Positions 1 to 14,434 of a DNA stretch of 64,000 bases are shown here, piece after piece; position 1 is the first letter of the stretch, and every line of letters starts with the position of its first letter. The DNA comes from Cycas panzhihuaensis (taxonomy: Eukaryota > Plantae > Cycadophyta). Below the pieces are notes generated by a model. That model ran no database searches. It was not told the origin of the DNA and saw only the letters and a program-made list of their open reading frames with translations. The stretch is taken from positions 232,445,741 to 232,509,740 of the forward strand of contig CM041465.1 in NCBI GenBank assembly GCA_023213395.1, written 5' to 3'. Both the position numbers and the translations under genes were made by a program.

Positions 1-959
1 CTCCATCCTCCATCCTTCTTAGGCACCAAGACAATTGGTGACCCACAAGGTGAACATGAAGGTCTTATGACCCCTTGATCAAGCAACTCCTCAACTTGCC
101 TCTTTATCTCATTATTCTCTACAATAGAGTGCCTATACAAAGCAACATTAGGCAATGGTGCATCTCCTACAAGAGTGATTTTATGCTCTATCTTTCTCTT
201 TGATGGTAGCCCATCAACATGTTGAAATAGAATATTATACCTTGTCTTTAACTCCTCAATTTGTTGCATTTGTTTAGGTGATATAAGAAGAGTGTGGGTA
301 GAAGGACCTTCTTCATCTCCTAGCTCTTCTTTTCTCCTTACCATTAAGATGATGAATATACCACATACATTGATCATCCTTTTTGCTTGAGTGGCTGAAA
401 TTAATGCTATCTTATCCAAGTGCTTCTTTGTGGCCTTTATGATGAAGCCCTTGTTATCCTTCATCAACCGATACTTTCTCTCCCTTCAATAAAAGAGTGC
501 ATCTCGATCCCACAAGTAGGGACTCCCAAGCACAACATGGCATACATCTAATGGCACCACATCACATATTACTTCATCAATAAAATCATTAGTGATGGAA
601 AATTTAAGTGTACATTGCTTTGATATTTACATTTCCACATCTTTATGGATCCAACCAAGAGGATATAGGTGAGGGTGAGGAGTAGTTACCAACCCAATGC
701 TCTTTACCAAACTTTCTAAGATCAAATTCTTTTGGCTCCCCGGATCTACAATGGCACCAATAATATCATTTCCTACTTGAAGCTTCAAGTGAAATAGTTC
801 CTCCCTTGTAGCATCATCTCCATAATTTGTAAGTAGAGTAACCTTCTCTTCTTCTCTTTCACTTTGAATTTCCACCTCAAAAAGTAGTGCTTTCCCTTTT
901 TCCTTCTTTCTTAATTCCATATCCTTGATATGCTTTGGCTTTAGCTCTGGGTGTTACTT

Positions 960-1862
960 CTAACACTTTGTTGTAATATGACCACTAATATCACAATGCT
1001 CACAATAGTTAGAACTTTTAACAAAATTAGTCATTTTCTTCTTTCCTTCTTGCCTTTTAGATGAGTGCAATTTAGGATTCTTTTCATACTTATTAGAAGT
1101 AAAAGTAGAATCTTTAGACATGAATGTACATTTCTTGCTTTTACTTTCTATTGCCATAACCATTCTACCTGCTTCTCCAATGGATTGAACCTTTAAAAGC
1201 CTTAGTTCCTTCCTTATGTATTCATGTAATCCTCCAATGAATTTCATAAGAGTGATATGTTCATCCATATTAATACCAAGTAGCATGCCATGCCTAAAAA
1301 ATAAAGAAGTATAGTCTTGGATACATACACCTCTTCCTTGGCGTAAATATTGCCAAATGACCCATTGGTCTTCCTCATGACCTATGGGGTAGTATTGCTT
1401 CTTTATTATTTTCTTAAAATCCATCCATGAAAAAGAAGATACATCATGAGTCTTCAAATATGCATTCCACCATGTCAATGCATGTTTACATAACTTGAGC
1501 CTAGCAAATGAAAGATTTTGAGCATTATTATAAGCATAAATTGTGAAGTAGGTTTCAAGTTGATCCAACCAATGGTCCAACTTTTCAGCATTTACCTCTC
1601 CATCATAAGTTGGAATATCCAACTTTGCCTCCACCTTGAAGGGTTGATGAGATGAAGTACCCTTGTTTTCTTCAAATGAGTGCTTTAAGGTCTCCTCCTC
1701 TTCCTCTTCATGGTTGTGGTCATATGTGGATCCTCCTTCAACTTTCTTCTCTTTGCCTTTTCCCTTGACTAGAGATAGAAGTTGGGTCATCATTTGCATC
1801 AAGACTTCTACGTTCTTCTCAAGCTTTTCAAATCTGATTTCTCCATCTTCTTTTTCAGCCAT
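960..1862 (-). CDS. Gag of CRM-like retrotransposon; the polyprotein is interrupted by a stop after the zinc knuckle
   Basis: Retrotrans_gag-like motifs and a Cx2Cx4Hx4C knuckle; homologous to the gag at 13308-14329. Confidence 0.85.
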   Translation of the reverse strand: MAEKEDGEIRFEKLEKNVEVLMQMMTQLLSLVKGKGKEKKVEGGSTYDHNHEEEEEETLKHSFEENKGTSSHQPFKVEAKLDIPTYDGEVNAEKLDHWLDQLETYFTIYAYNNAQNLSFARLKLCKHALTWWNAYLKTHDVSSFSWMDFKKIIKKQYYPIGHEEDQWVIWQYLRQGRGVCIQDYTSLFFRHGMLLGINMDEHITLMKFIGGLHEYIRKELRLLKVQSIGEAGRMVMAIESKSKKCTFMSKDSTFTSNKYEKNPKLHSSKRQEGKKKMTNFVKSSNYCEHCDISGHITTKC

Positions 1863-1995
1863 GGTGCGTGGATTCTTTCTTGGTCTTCTTGGTGATTGCA
1901 ACACAAGAAAAGCTTCACCTTTCTCTTTGTATCCTTTCCTTGTTTATACTATTCAAGTCCCTAAAACAAATATCACATGCTCTAATACCAAAATA

Positions 1996-2860
1996 TGATC
2001 CCAAAATAGAGCTTAATTTGTGAAGAAGTCAATTATCAACCTTTTCTACTTGAGATCGTGGGAGTTAGTGTAGAAATCTCAATAACGTCAAAATAACACT
2101 GAGCCCACAAAAGGAAATTCTACACCAAATCATTTATTCTTGACATTGCTCCAAAAATATGAGGAGTAGTACTTTTATTAAACTATGAAAATCTCCATTT
2201 AATGGTGGAGAAATCAACTAACAATAGAATGGTTAATTTACAAGGAATAAATGATACAATTATGCCATAAGGGGAACTCCAACCCTCCAAAATGCTTCTC
2301 CAAGGATGCTTCCCAAGTCAAGTGCCTTTCACCTCCAAGAACCACCTCTACAACCCATAATAGGGTTCAATTTATAGAAAGAAACCAAATTTGCATGTTT
2401 AACAAGTGGCAATCATGCAAGTATAATCACTAACCACCAGAATGCATGTTGTCCAAGTGGCCTTCATATAATTCTTAAAAGTTGTAACTTGTAACTAACA
2501 TTAACAGACTCTAATTTGGCTCAAATTTGGTACACATATAGGCATGCATGTCCCCTTCACTTCCTCAAAATTTTAGCTCATTTGGATGTCATTTGACTGC
2601 ATTTTTATTCATTTAATGATAATATGTATTTATTATTTTTCTGCTAGCTGTGGGATTAATTTTATGCAAAACAAGGCTTGAACTCTAATCAAATGATATT
2701 TTCTGAACCCCACCTTTTGTACACATGTAGTGGGATGTGTCTTCTACCTTTACACAAATTTTCATATAATTTTGATACCATTTGGCTATATCTTTTTCAG
2801 TTATGCCAATGCCTAGTATTTTTCGCATCTTGTAAACATATGGTAGATCCTCCTAGATCA
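1996..2860 (-). repeat. 5' LTR of first CRM-like element
   Basis: TGATC/GATCA termini, 5 nt from the PBS; the right end agatcc...tagatca resembles the LTR ends at 9710 and 15720. Confidence 0.7.
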
Positions 2861-3149
2861 GATAGTAATATTTATTCTTTATTACATGATACATAAGGGC
2901 ACAAACATAGTAAAGATATTAATATCATAGGTTTTCTCTAAAATTTAAATTCTCAAATTAATGTATAAGTGATAACAATCCTAAATTTACAATCCAATAT
3001 TGAAGAGAATTATTTAAGACCCTATAAACTAAACTATACTACAATAGTAGGTATGCCTCATAAATTACTTAATAAACAAAAGGGATCAATGATATTATCG
3101 AGGTATGTTTTCTCAATTTTATGCCCACTGCCAAAAATCTAAGAAGATA

Positions 3150-4150
3150 AGTAATAATTTATTTTTCTCATATAGTACATATACATTTATTTCCTATCAT
3201 TTTCTTAATATTATATTTGATTACTTACATTTACTTGATGTTAATCTTACATTGTATTTGATCAAGTATTTATTTGGTTTACTTATACATATTACATTTC
3301 TTGTACAATTGATATCTCTACCAACATCTCTAGTATGTTGTGCAACTACAATAATGTTGAGTCAATACACAAAATATACATTTTTACTTCCATTATAATC
3401 TTCCTCTTTTATTGGTCTCCACTTATAGTTTGTCTCTTTTCAATTTTCAACCCTAATTCTAAATGTGATTACTTTTCTTATATAGCTCATTACATAGATC
3501 TCTTTGAATAGATAAGAATTAAGTTCTCATGGCCTGAAAATGAATATCATATAAGGAAGTTATGCTCTTTTTACAATTCCTTTTCCTTTCATGGTCCTAT
3601 TTCTAACTTCTCAAGACTAACTCCATAATCAATCATTAAAAATATCGTATTGTGCTAAAAACTAACCACTATACCAATTTAAAAGATTTATATTATAAAT
3701 TGACTCAATATAAATACCTTCCCCTTATGTTTATTTTATTCAAATCATTCCTTAGGTGTCAAAATCTAGGACAACCCTTATTGTTTATTTGCTTCCACTC
3801 AAACAAGACATTATTTCTTTAATTTCTTATATGATTTCAATGTTAGGGTGATGATTGACATATGATATATTTTGATCTAATCGTATTTTTGGAATTTAAA
3901 ATGTCATTTCATTGTTTATGTTAAAACCCTATAGCATCATGTCCTCCTTTACAATATTGCATCTTGTAGCCTATGTTTCTATAGTAACGACCCTATGATA
4001 TCATAAATTGTCAATATAATTCCTATGATACTACATTTGTGGTATTATATTACTCTTCAAAAGACCCTAATAATTTTTTTTTATATTATTCTACGATGCC
4101 ACACATTAGTAGTACTTCATCTATAGTATCACCATGTATTCCTTTTGTTT
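3150..4150. repeat. Degenerate dispersed repeat, copy 1 (paralog at about 35090-36110); probably a non-coding part of an old LTR element
   Basis: Colinear similarity by eye, e.g. atttgcttccactcaaacaa and ggaagttatgctc in both copies. Confidence 0.7.
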
Positions 4151-5466
4151 ATTTATGGTATGTTTTATTATTTTAATTGTATGTATATTTTCTATATCTT
4201 TTGATTTAATTTAATTCAATTTTTTCATCCACCATTTTTATTTTAGATTTTTTATTGTTATAGTGTTATTTTTTCATTTATAAATTAGTTATTTTTATTT
4301 TATAATTGATTAATTCTTTTACTTATTTAATTTTCTTTTCTTATTGATCATCACTTTAGAAGAATTCTCACAATATCAAATTTACATGTCTCACATAATA
4401 CCTTATATTTGATGAGGACCTCTTAGGTCTTCTTTTAGATATATTTCTATTGGATTTTCTCTAATAAATAATGAGTAGACTAGTAGTTCTTTCTAATGTT
4501 ATTTAATAAGAAGAAGAAGATTAGATAAGAAAAGAAGTGCTCATACTCGCTCATCATTAAATGAAGTATCCCTAAAGTGATAAAATATATAAGATTCTCT
4601 TATACCTTGTTTGATTTGTTTTCGATCTTTTATTTGATTGATTATTATAAAGAAAACAATAAAAAAGACTTTAGTTAATTTATTTTGGGAGAACATATAA
4701 AATAAATTAATGCAATAAAAGAACCCAAAACCCCCAATAAAAAATAGTTTATCTATTCTTTACATTGGAAACCATACTCACATAAATGTTCTTTCATTGC
4801 TCATAAGGACAGTGTTACTTATGTAGTAAGCTCTTATCCTCTTCTCCTAGGGTTTTATTATGGCTCTATGTATTTACTTAGATTTAAAGAGTAAGGCCCC
4901 ATATTTCACTAAAGCATTTTCGGATACCATACTAGGGAATTTTCCCTTCCATATTTCCTTTATCTCTTAACTCTCAAAATACCCCATTCCATCATGAAGA
5001 TTGTTTCATGCTCCTAAGAGGATATTTTAGAGCATATATCTAGGAGTTTCTATGTTATAATTACTCTAACAATCATAATTAGGTTTTACCTTTTAATCTT
5101 CCTTTGAAGTGAACACTCTTTTATTCCCTTTATTTTTTTATTGTTGTCCCAAATAATCTTACTATCAAGATTTGCTTCACATAATTATGGTTCTTTTTTG
5201 AAATATAACATTCATAACAACACAAAACTCCTCTTGAAACCTCCTCTAGTAATAGTCACAATCCTTTTGCTAACCAAGTTATTGTAGAAGACATTCTTAA
5301 GAACAAACACACATTTTTCTCTCCCTACTTCACCTTTGTTAAAAGATGTTGAGTCACATTCCCCACCTTCATCACCTTTACCAAAAATTAAAGTTTATTT
5401 ACCCTCTCAAACTTCTATTTTTTAACCTTCTATCACCTATTTTACATAATAATGATTGAGAGCTTC

Positions 5467-7698
5467 TTTTTTTTTTTTTTTTATAAGGTAAAATGAATTA
5501 AAGGGGTTTTAACTGGGTCCCCAAACCCGGTACATCATAGCCAATCAAGAAGAAAAATGACCATGACAGGCCCATGGTCTAGCCCAAGATTGAATTTTCT
5601 GTCCTGGTTACCTCTTACCTGTGCATCTACTCCCGACCAATCTCGAGGCTCCTCCGGGAACTCCTCTTTCCAAACTTTTGATCTTTTATTTGTCACAGCC
5701 CAATTTGCCAACCAGTCTGCAGCCGAATTACCCTCCCTGTAGGTATGCTGAATCTGAACCTCCACTCTGGCTCTCAACACATCCTGGGCATCCTTGAAAA
5801 TATCTATGTTCTCCCAACCAAAGTCCATATCCCCTCTTAAGCATTTGATTGCATACATAGAGTCATCCTCTATTATCAACTTTTGCACATTATCCTCGTC
5901 TAATATAGTGGTGGCCCTCAGCATGGCCTCAGACTCGCCTTTCTGATTCGATTGAACCCCCAAATATTCCGCAAAAGCCCATCTAACATTACCTTCATGA
6001 TCCCTGCAGAGGCCCCCTCCTCCTGCCTCACCGGGATTGCCCTTTGCAGCACCGTCGAAATTGACTTTTACCCAAGTTCCATCCAGAGGATGCCATTTGA
6101 CATCTATTCTCTTTTCTTTGACGCCATCCAGAGGCACTATACCCTATTCTCTAAGAATATCCTCTTCCCCCCTGGGAATACTATCCTCCTTAAGTCTAAC
6201 CATCATTTTTAAGATGGCCTTTCTGATCTCTATCAATAACATCTGACTATTCCTCTCTTTACCTTCGAATATCCTCCTGTTGCGCTCTTTCCAAATGAGC
6301 CAGGAGCCTACCGGAAGGATCATCTTCCAGAGTCTAGAGAGGGTTTTGCTCTTGAAAGGCGATGTCCAAGCTACCCACTGCTCACCTAGGGAGCACGAGG
6401 AAGCCCAAGCTATCCCCATCCCAGCCCAGATGACATTCCAAATGCTCTCTGAATAAGGACAATGGATGCAGAGATGGTCCAAGGTTTCAGCATCCATCTT
6501 ACACATCACACATCTACTCGTCAACTGAAAGCCCCTCTTCGAGAGGTTATCCAGTGTAAGTAATTTGTTTTGAAGGCTTAACCACCAGAAAGCTGCAATT
6601 TTTGGAAGAACCCCTAATTTCCATGCCCCAGCCAACCTATCATTTCTATCCCAGCCCTCTATGCTCATCCTCAAATCATAGCCCGATTTGACCATATATG
6701 AGCCCACAGGCGAAGAGGGCCATACCAGGGAGTCTGGGCCCATCCTCTTCGGGATATACTGTTTATCTAGAATCTCTTTTACCCTGAGGATCTCCTCCTC
6801 AAGACCTGGCACCTCCTCAAACGTTCTCCACCTCCTGTCCTTTCCTTGACCAACCCAATAATTCTTGACCAAAGTACCATAGCGGTTAACACATTCTCTC
6901 CTCATGGATCCGTTATTAATCAACTCCTCAAGCTTAAATGGTCCATACCATCTATCTTCCCAAAACCTTATGCTCTCGCCGTCCCCCAACTTCCACCGCA
7001 TGCCTTCACGAAGAAGGGACCTCGAGGATCTGATGGCTCTCCAAACCTGGGACCCCTCCAGACAAAGTTCCTCCTCCAAAAGAAAGTGCTTATCCCCCAG
7101 ATATTTCCTCATGATAATCTTCCCTGTGTCGAGCCGACTTCTTTAGAGAGCCTCCAAATTGTCTTTGCCAAGAGGGCTTCATTAAAGAAGCCCAATCTTC
7201 TTACATCGAGACCCCAGCCCACTTAGGTCTACACACCTTCTCCCAAGATACTAGGTGAAATTTCCTTTCTCTTGATTTTGACCAAAGGAATCTCTTCATG
7301 ATTCCTTCCAGAGTCAAAATGACCCTATTCGGGATTTTGTAGACCGTCATTTGATAGACCGGAATGCTCTGCAGAGAAGCCACCAACAAATTTGAATTTT
7401 CCATTAACTGAGAAGAGCCCCTTTCCAGCCAACCAACTTCCTATTGAATCTGCTAACTACTGAATCCCACATATCCTTCCCCATCATTCCTACAAAATGA
7501 GGCATACCAAGATAAGAGCTAGGGAGGGAGCCTCTAGCCATCTCCAAAATCCTACATATTTTACCTTGAAGTCTCTCCGAAGTGTTGATAAAAAAGGCCG
7601 AGCTTTTGTTCAAATTTATTTTTTGGTTTGTAGCCTTTTCATACGCCTGAAGACCCCATTTTAAGGCCCTGGCCTCCCTCAAAGAGGCTCTGCATAGG
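5467..7698 (-). mobile_element. 5'-truncated L1-clade LINE (end of RT, zf-RVT, RNase H) with poly(A) tail
   Basis: Poly(T)16 at 5467-5482. TSD ATGATTGAGAGCTTC(TT) at 5452-5468 and 7699-7715. ORF2 pieces include YLGMP, WEKVCRPKW, IRFWEDRW, the zf-RVT RCVMCKMDAETLDHLCIHCPYS and RNase H WVKVNFDGAAKGNPG. Confidence 0.95.
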
Positions 7699-8655
7699 AT
7701 GATTGAGAGCTTCTTCATTTAACTCTCTTTCTTTCATTTAACCATTAGTAAATTTATTAACTCCCTCAAAAATATATTTGTCTTCCTTTTATTAGGCTTT
7801 TATCTCTCCCACAATCTAGGCTATTGAAAGGACACTCATATTTCTAAGGGATACAATACCAAACATTCAAACAATCTTATATCATCAAGTATAATTAATT
7901 TTGTAAATGTTATTATTAATATCTAATAATATAGATATGCTTGTATCTTTGATTTCATCTTTATTTCTCATTATTTCAAAACCTTTGGTAAGGCAAGTTT
8001 TGGTGTAATGTGGATATAATTCCCCCTCTCAAATTGTTTCATCTCAAGATCTTACCTCATATAATCCCATGACATCAAAACTTATAATAAAACTTGCCTA
8101 TGATCTTATCTCCACTCAGCTAGTAATCTACACAATATGTTATCTTAATCAATTATTTACATACAAAAAGGACAGCCTTAATTAGTGCTCTATACCATCC
8201 TAGCTTCCTTTTACAAACAAAGTTTTGCCTTAGTCAACAACTATGCACCTTGAATATTCATGGCACTAACCATCCAAGCCCATTGCATAAGTTGAAGGTG
8301 GTTAACTAAGAGATATAATATATAACGAATGGTCCCTTTTAGAAATGTAATTCGTATAATTTCACATGCCAACAATCCATACTAACCTCTTATAACGCTT
8401 GTTCAACACTAAAACCTAATTGCTTAAAGCTCTTCTACTAATTTCCTAAAGTAATTGATCTCTACCATAAATAGTTTCTTAAAATGGAATAAGTAATTTT
8501 CCATAACTCAATATCATTTTCTAGCTTTGCATCCCTAAAAATCTCCACTTATGTTACACTCCTTTTTACTCACTATGACCAAAGATAATTAACACCTAAA
8601 AATACTTCCCTGTTCCCTTACTCCTCTTTCTTATACCTCCCTTTCTAACTAATAC

Positions 8656-9710
8656 TGATCTGAATTTGAATGGAAAAGCAAAGACTTAATCTAATCGAAA
8701 CAAACCTAGAACAAATTTACAATAATATTACATTAATTTGAAGATATTTTAAAATTTCTCTTACACAATTTCTTATGTTTGTGCTCTTTTGAACATGCAA
8801 AGGACTGCTATAGTAAATTGGGAGAGAAGAACTGAGTGCTGGGCACTTTTTTAGGCTACTGCATGTTCTTTGGAACCATTGTCACTGAAGTTTGCATGGA
8901 GTTTTGGTTGTTGATAACCAAAGAATCCTTTTCTTGGAGAAGAATTCTACTGGCATCTCTTTCTTGGACTGTTGCGGCTACTATTTTCCTCCCTCGGCTG
9001 CAACTTCACTTTCTTGGGATCCTTCTCTATCCCCACGAATGGATTTGGGTGCTGCTCTGTCACTCCTTATGCACTTCTGTTCCGTTTTCTCTCCTATGCA
9101 GAATTTTCCGTCTTGGAGCCGTTCTTCTTTTCTAAAAAGTAATTTTTAAAGAACTTTCTTCGAATCTCGCTCCTTGGACTGTGTCTATGGCTACTGGCGT
9201 CCTCTCCTCTGCCCTCTATGAAGAGATCTCACTATTTTAAAACCCTAGAATGCATGCTTTTTCTGCAACGGGTTTTTCGTTTTCCTGTTCTTCAACAGAT
9301 TCCAAACAGTTAATGAAATCCTGCTTAAATTTGTGTAATTAGGAGGTTTTCTAAATTTCTGTTTTCTATTTTCTATTGTCTGCGGAGTTGCACCTTAGTC
9401 AACAGGGTTGTGTCTGTAGTCCATAAGGTTGCATCTCAGTCAACAAGGTTACGTCTCAGTCAGCAAGGTTGCACCTTAGTCAGTAGGTTATGTCTCGGTC
9501 AGTAAGGTTGTACCTACAGTATGCAAGGTTGCGTCTCAGTCAGTAAGGTTACGCCTCAGTCAACAGGTTACGTCTTAGTTAGCAAGGTTGCGCATCAATC
9601 AGCAGGTTACGTTTCAGTCTGCAAGGTTGCGATTCATTGCACTTATAGACCAGTCGATCATTTTAGTTACAGTTGCAGTTGCACCTTTTAAAGATCCAAA
9701 AAATAGATCA
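8656..9710 (-). repeat. 3' LTR, containing a ~20 bp tandem array at about 9386-9640
   Basis: Aligns with 14435-15720; repeat unit approximately GGTTGCGTCTCAGTCAGCAA. Confidence 0.9.
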
Positions 9711-12700
9711 GAACTCCCCCTTTTTTAGGAGTTCATGGCCTCATGAACTTCATAATTGTAGATGAGGGAATTTAATTTTTCTTATCTCCTTGTTGTACCA
9801 TTTTGCCTTGCTAGGTACTTGTCCTTTTTCTGTAATTCTGAAGGACTCGATTATGCCTCTTCGAGTCTTTGTTAGCTTCCTTTAAAGAATGCAATCATTT
9901 TACATTGGTTCATCTTTCTCTATTCGCAACTCCTCTGGATTTGGTAAGAGTGGAACTCTATCTTCATCTTCATCTAATATGGATGACTCGAACATCTACA
10001 GATTCTCAACATTCACTATGGAATACATCTTCATGAATTCTGAAAGTTCAAGCTGGAAAGCATTTTCCCCAATCTTCTTCAAGATTGTAAAAGGACCATA
10101 ACATATAGGCTTTAGCTTTTTGCCTTTACCTTGTAATCGTTTCTTACTAAGGTATAACTAAACTCTATCTCCTTCCTTAAAGGAATGGTTCGTTCTATAT
10201 ACATCATACCGTTGTTTATATCTCTGTTGAGATTTTTGAAGCTGCTCTTCAACCTGTTGATGGATTCTTCTAATTCTTTCTAACAATCTTTGTGCCTTTT
10301 CATCTCCTTCTTCCTCCTTTCCAGTTCCTGCAGAAAGTTAAGCAGAAAATTCTAGATCAAAAGGACTTGCAGACAGAAATCCCAAACATACCTCAAATGG
10401 TGATTTCTGGGTTGAGCTATGGATAGCTCTATTGAAGGCAAATTACAAGTATGGGAGACTTTCATCCCAAGTCTTAGGATGCTTGGCATTGTATCCTCGT
10501 AACAGTTGTACCAATGTCCTATTGACAACTTCAGTCTAGCCATCTATTTGAGCATGAAAAGTCGTGCTCATCTTTAACTTCATATCCATCATTTCCCATA
10601 GTGTTTACGAAAAATGACTCAGAAATCTGCTGTCTCGATCAGAAATGATTAAGTTGGGAAGTCCAAAATGCTTCCAAACATGCTAGAAAAATAATCTAGC
10701 TATGTCTTCTCCTGTATGTGTCTTTCTACAGGGAATCAACATCACCATTTTACTGAACTGATCAACAACTACAAACCAATAATCCATACCAATTTTGGTT
10801 TGTGGTAGTCCTCCGAGGAAATCCATGGAGATACTCTCCCATGGTCATGATGGAACAAGAAGTGGAATATACAATCCAAACTTCCTATTAGGCAGCTTTA
10901 ATATGCTACATAATGTACACCCCCATACTGCTGTAGTCATATCTTGCTACATATTTGGCTAATACATATATCGCTGCAAGTTTAGCAATGTCTTTCCCAC
11001 TCCAAAGTGTCTTGTAACTCGAGAGGTGTGAGTTTCTCTTACCCACTTCATTTGGTCTACATGCTTTGGAAAGAAAAGCTTGTCTTGCTTGAAAAGAATG
11101 CCATCTTTCAGCTAGAAATCAACAACTACTTTTCCTTGCTATAGCTGCTCAAAGATAGGCTTGAATGCCTCATCTTTTAAGTACAAATCAACATATTCAT
11201 CATGGCAGAAAGGTTGAAATTGCATAGCTACCAACAAACTGGAAATACCTTACTATTGAGGAGGTCTAGACAGCAAGTCTGTAATTTTATTTATCGTTCA
11301 TTTCTTGTACTTAACCACGATGTGAAACTGCTGCAAATAGGACATCCACTTCATGTGCCTAGCCTGCTGCAATTTGGACTAAGTCTATAAAAATTGTAAA
11401 GGCTTGTGGTTGGTGTGGATGACTACTTCTTTTCCTCACAAATATGGTCTCCAATGCTTCACTGCTTGGTGTAATGCATAGAGCTCCTTATCGTAAGTTG
11501 GGTAGTTTATGACAGCTCCATTAAATGTCTCTGAATGGTATGCTATTGGTTTTCCTTCTTGCTTCAATACATCTCCCATGTCATAGCCTAAAGTATCAGT
11601 CTCCAATTCAAATGGTTTATACAACGAGGGTAAAGCTAACATTGGTGCCTCACAAATTTTCTACTTCAAAAGCCTGAAAGCTTTTTCTTATTCATTCTCC
11701 CAATGAAACTTTGCATGTCCTCTCCTCAATGCATGAAGAGGTATTGCAATTTGAGAGAATCTGAAAATAAATTTTCTTAAATATTGATATGCACCAATGA
11801 AACTTCTTACCTATATGGTTGTCTTGGGGGTGGGCCAATTGAGAATGACTTTAATCTTTGCTAGGTCAATCTTCAATTCTCCTCCTCCAACCACGAAACC
11901 TAAGAAGATGAGAGATTGCTTTCCAAACTCGCACTTCTTCAGATTTAGTTTCAATTGCTGCTCTTGGAAAACTCTGAGCACTTGCTCGACATGTTGGAGG
12001 TGCTCCTCCCATGTATGACTAAAAATCAGAATATCATCTAGATAAACAATTACAAAGTCATCAATGAAGGGTCTTAATACCTCATTCATCAACCTCATGA
12101 AGGTGGCAAGTGCATTACACAAACCAAATGGCATCACCAACCATTCGAACAATCCTTGCTTCGATTTAAAGGTTGTCTTCCAAGTATCCTCCTCTTAGAT
12201 TCGAACTTGATGGTAGCCTGATTTCAGGTCCAATTTGCTGAAATATCTTACTGACTGCAGCTGGTCCAACAAGTCATCTATCCATGGTAAGGGATGTCTA
12301 TTCTTTATGGTGATCTTGTTCAAAGCCCAGTAGTCAATGCACATTCTCCATCCTCCATCTTTCTTTGGCACCAAAATAATAGGTGAACCATATAGGGAAC
12401 AACTTGGCTTGATCACTTATTGTTTTAAGAGTTCTTAAATCTGCCTCTTAATCTCTTCATTCTCCAAACCTGAGTTTCGATAGAGACTAAGATTTGGCAA
12501 AGGTGAATCAGCAACCAACTAGATTTCATGTTCAATTGCCCTTTTAAGGGGCAGCCCTTTTGGTTCTTGGAATACGTCATTATACCTATTCCTTAGGCCT
12601 TCAATCTGTTGCACTTGCTTCTTATCTAGTGCTTGTATTAAGGACTCTGCTTGCTCTTTTTCTTCCACCTTTGGCTTTATCATCAATAGCACAAACTTCC

Positions 12701-14434
12701 TACAAGCATTAATCAATCTTTTCGCTTGTTGGGAAGATATAAGAGAGATCTTCTTTTGTGGCTTTGATGCATTGATCGTATATGATTTCCCATCCTTGAT
12801 TAGTCGAATCTTTCTCAGCCTCCTATGATGAACTCCATCTCTATCATAGAGATCTGGGCTGCCAAACACAACTTGACAAACATCTAGAGGGACTACCTCA
12901 CATTCAACTTCATCAATTAACCTTCCAGATATTGCAAATTTAAACTTACATTGGTGAATAACCTGCAACTCTGAATCTTTTTGCAGCCATCCAAGAGGAT
13001 ATGGTTTTGGATGTGCATGCATTTTTAATCCCAGTTTCTTTACCAATGCTTCTGAGATTAAATTCTTTTGGCTTCCTCCATCAAAGATGGCATCAACCAA
13101 ACTTTGCTTCACTTAGATTCTTACCATGAAGAGCTCCTCTCTAATCTCTGGATTAACTTGCTGATGGTTATTTTTAGGCTCCGCATTAGCCATGAGCATC
13201 AACTTCTCATTGGCTTCTTCAATGCCACAAACATTTTCATCACCCACAGAGTTAAGTAAAGCTTTACCTTTTCCCTTGTTCTTAGGTCGTTTCTTTAGGT
13301 GTAGGAACTAACAATATTCTATGATGTGACCTGCTCGCTTGCAATGAGTACAAGTGACTTTGATTTGGGTTGTATTGGCTTGTTTCTTCTTGCCAAAACC
13401 CCTAATGGGTTGTTGTCCAACTTTACCTGGAAACCTTATTCCTCGCACAGGTTTGTTGCTACCTTCTTGAGGTGCAAACCTTTTCCTCTCAGCATAAACC
13501 TTCTTGTTCCTCTTTTCTATGGCAATCACCTTCTTGTTGGCTTCATCAAGCGATTTAACTTCAAACAGTTGAAGTTCTTCTTTGAATATCTTTGGTGCAG
13601 TCCTCCAATATACTTCAGCATGATATCTTTACCCAGTAAAGAGATGCCCAATACAATAGCTTGATTTTGAAATTCTGTTGTGTAATCTTGGACATTTTGG
13701 CCTCTTTCATGTTGGTAATATTGCCATTTAATCCTCTGTTACTCTTCATACCCAATAGGATAGAATTGCTTCTTTATGACGATTTTAAATTGTTGCCAAG
13801 TAATTTCATTTGTATTATAGGATTTAAGATATACATTCCACTAAACTAATGCATGCTTAGACAGTTTTAACCTAACAAAAGTAATTTTCTAGTGGTTTTT
13901 ATACCCATAAATGGAAAAATATGTTTCTAGTTGGTCTAACCAACCATCTAATTTTTCAGCATCTAAAGTTCCATCATAGATAGGCAGTTCAAGTTTTGCC
14001 TCTACCTTGAATGGATGTGTTATTATCGCTGGATTGTCATCTTCTTCCTCTTCTTGTTGGTCTTCTACTAGCTCTTCATTTGTTTCCTCTTTCATCGGTT
14101 CATCTTCTTCCTTCTTTATGCTTTTCACTATTGAAGAAGAAGTTGCAACTTGTTGAGAGACTAGTTGTGCCACAAGCTGGGTTAATCTATCAAGGTTTTG
14201 CTCCATCTTCACGAACCTTTCCTCCATCTTTTGCTTTAGCTCAGTCATCTTCCTTCGTTGTCTACGTTCTTTCTCAAGTGGTTTGGTTAAAGGTTCGCTG
14301 GTCAACAAATACTGAAATCTAGTTTTCATAAAAATATTTCACAACAAAAGCAAGAGGGTTTTTCTTTTCTTTTCTCTTTAAAAATTCCTAACTTCCCAAG
14401 GATTTCAAGAAATCTAGCTCTGATACCAAATATT

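Larger units (their letters stand above)
1..2860 (-). mobile_element. Ty3/gypsy chromovirus, CRM-like; 5' part (LTR, PBS, gag, protease, start of RT), continuing beyond the window start
   Basis: The LTR runs tgatc(1996)...gatca(2860). A Met-tRNAi PBS reads gctctaatacca on the plus strand at 1979-1990. Gag ORF 960-1904 has AEKLDHWLDQLETYF and a CCHC knuckle CEHCDISGHITTKC. The protease at 627-920 has AIVDPGSQKNLI..HPHLYPLGW. The RT start [20 protein letters not shown] is at about 1-62. Confidence 0.9.
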
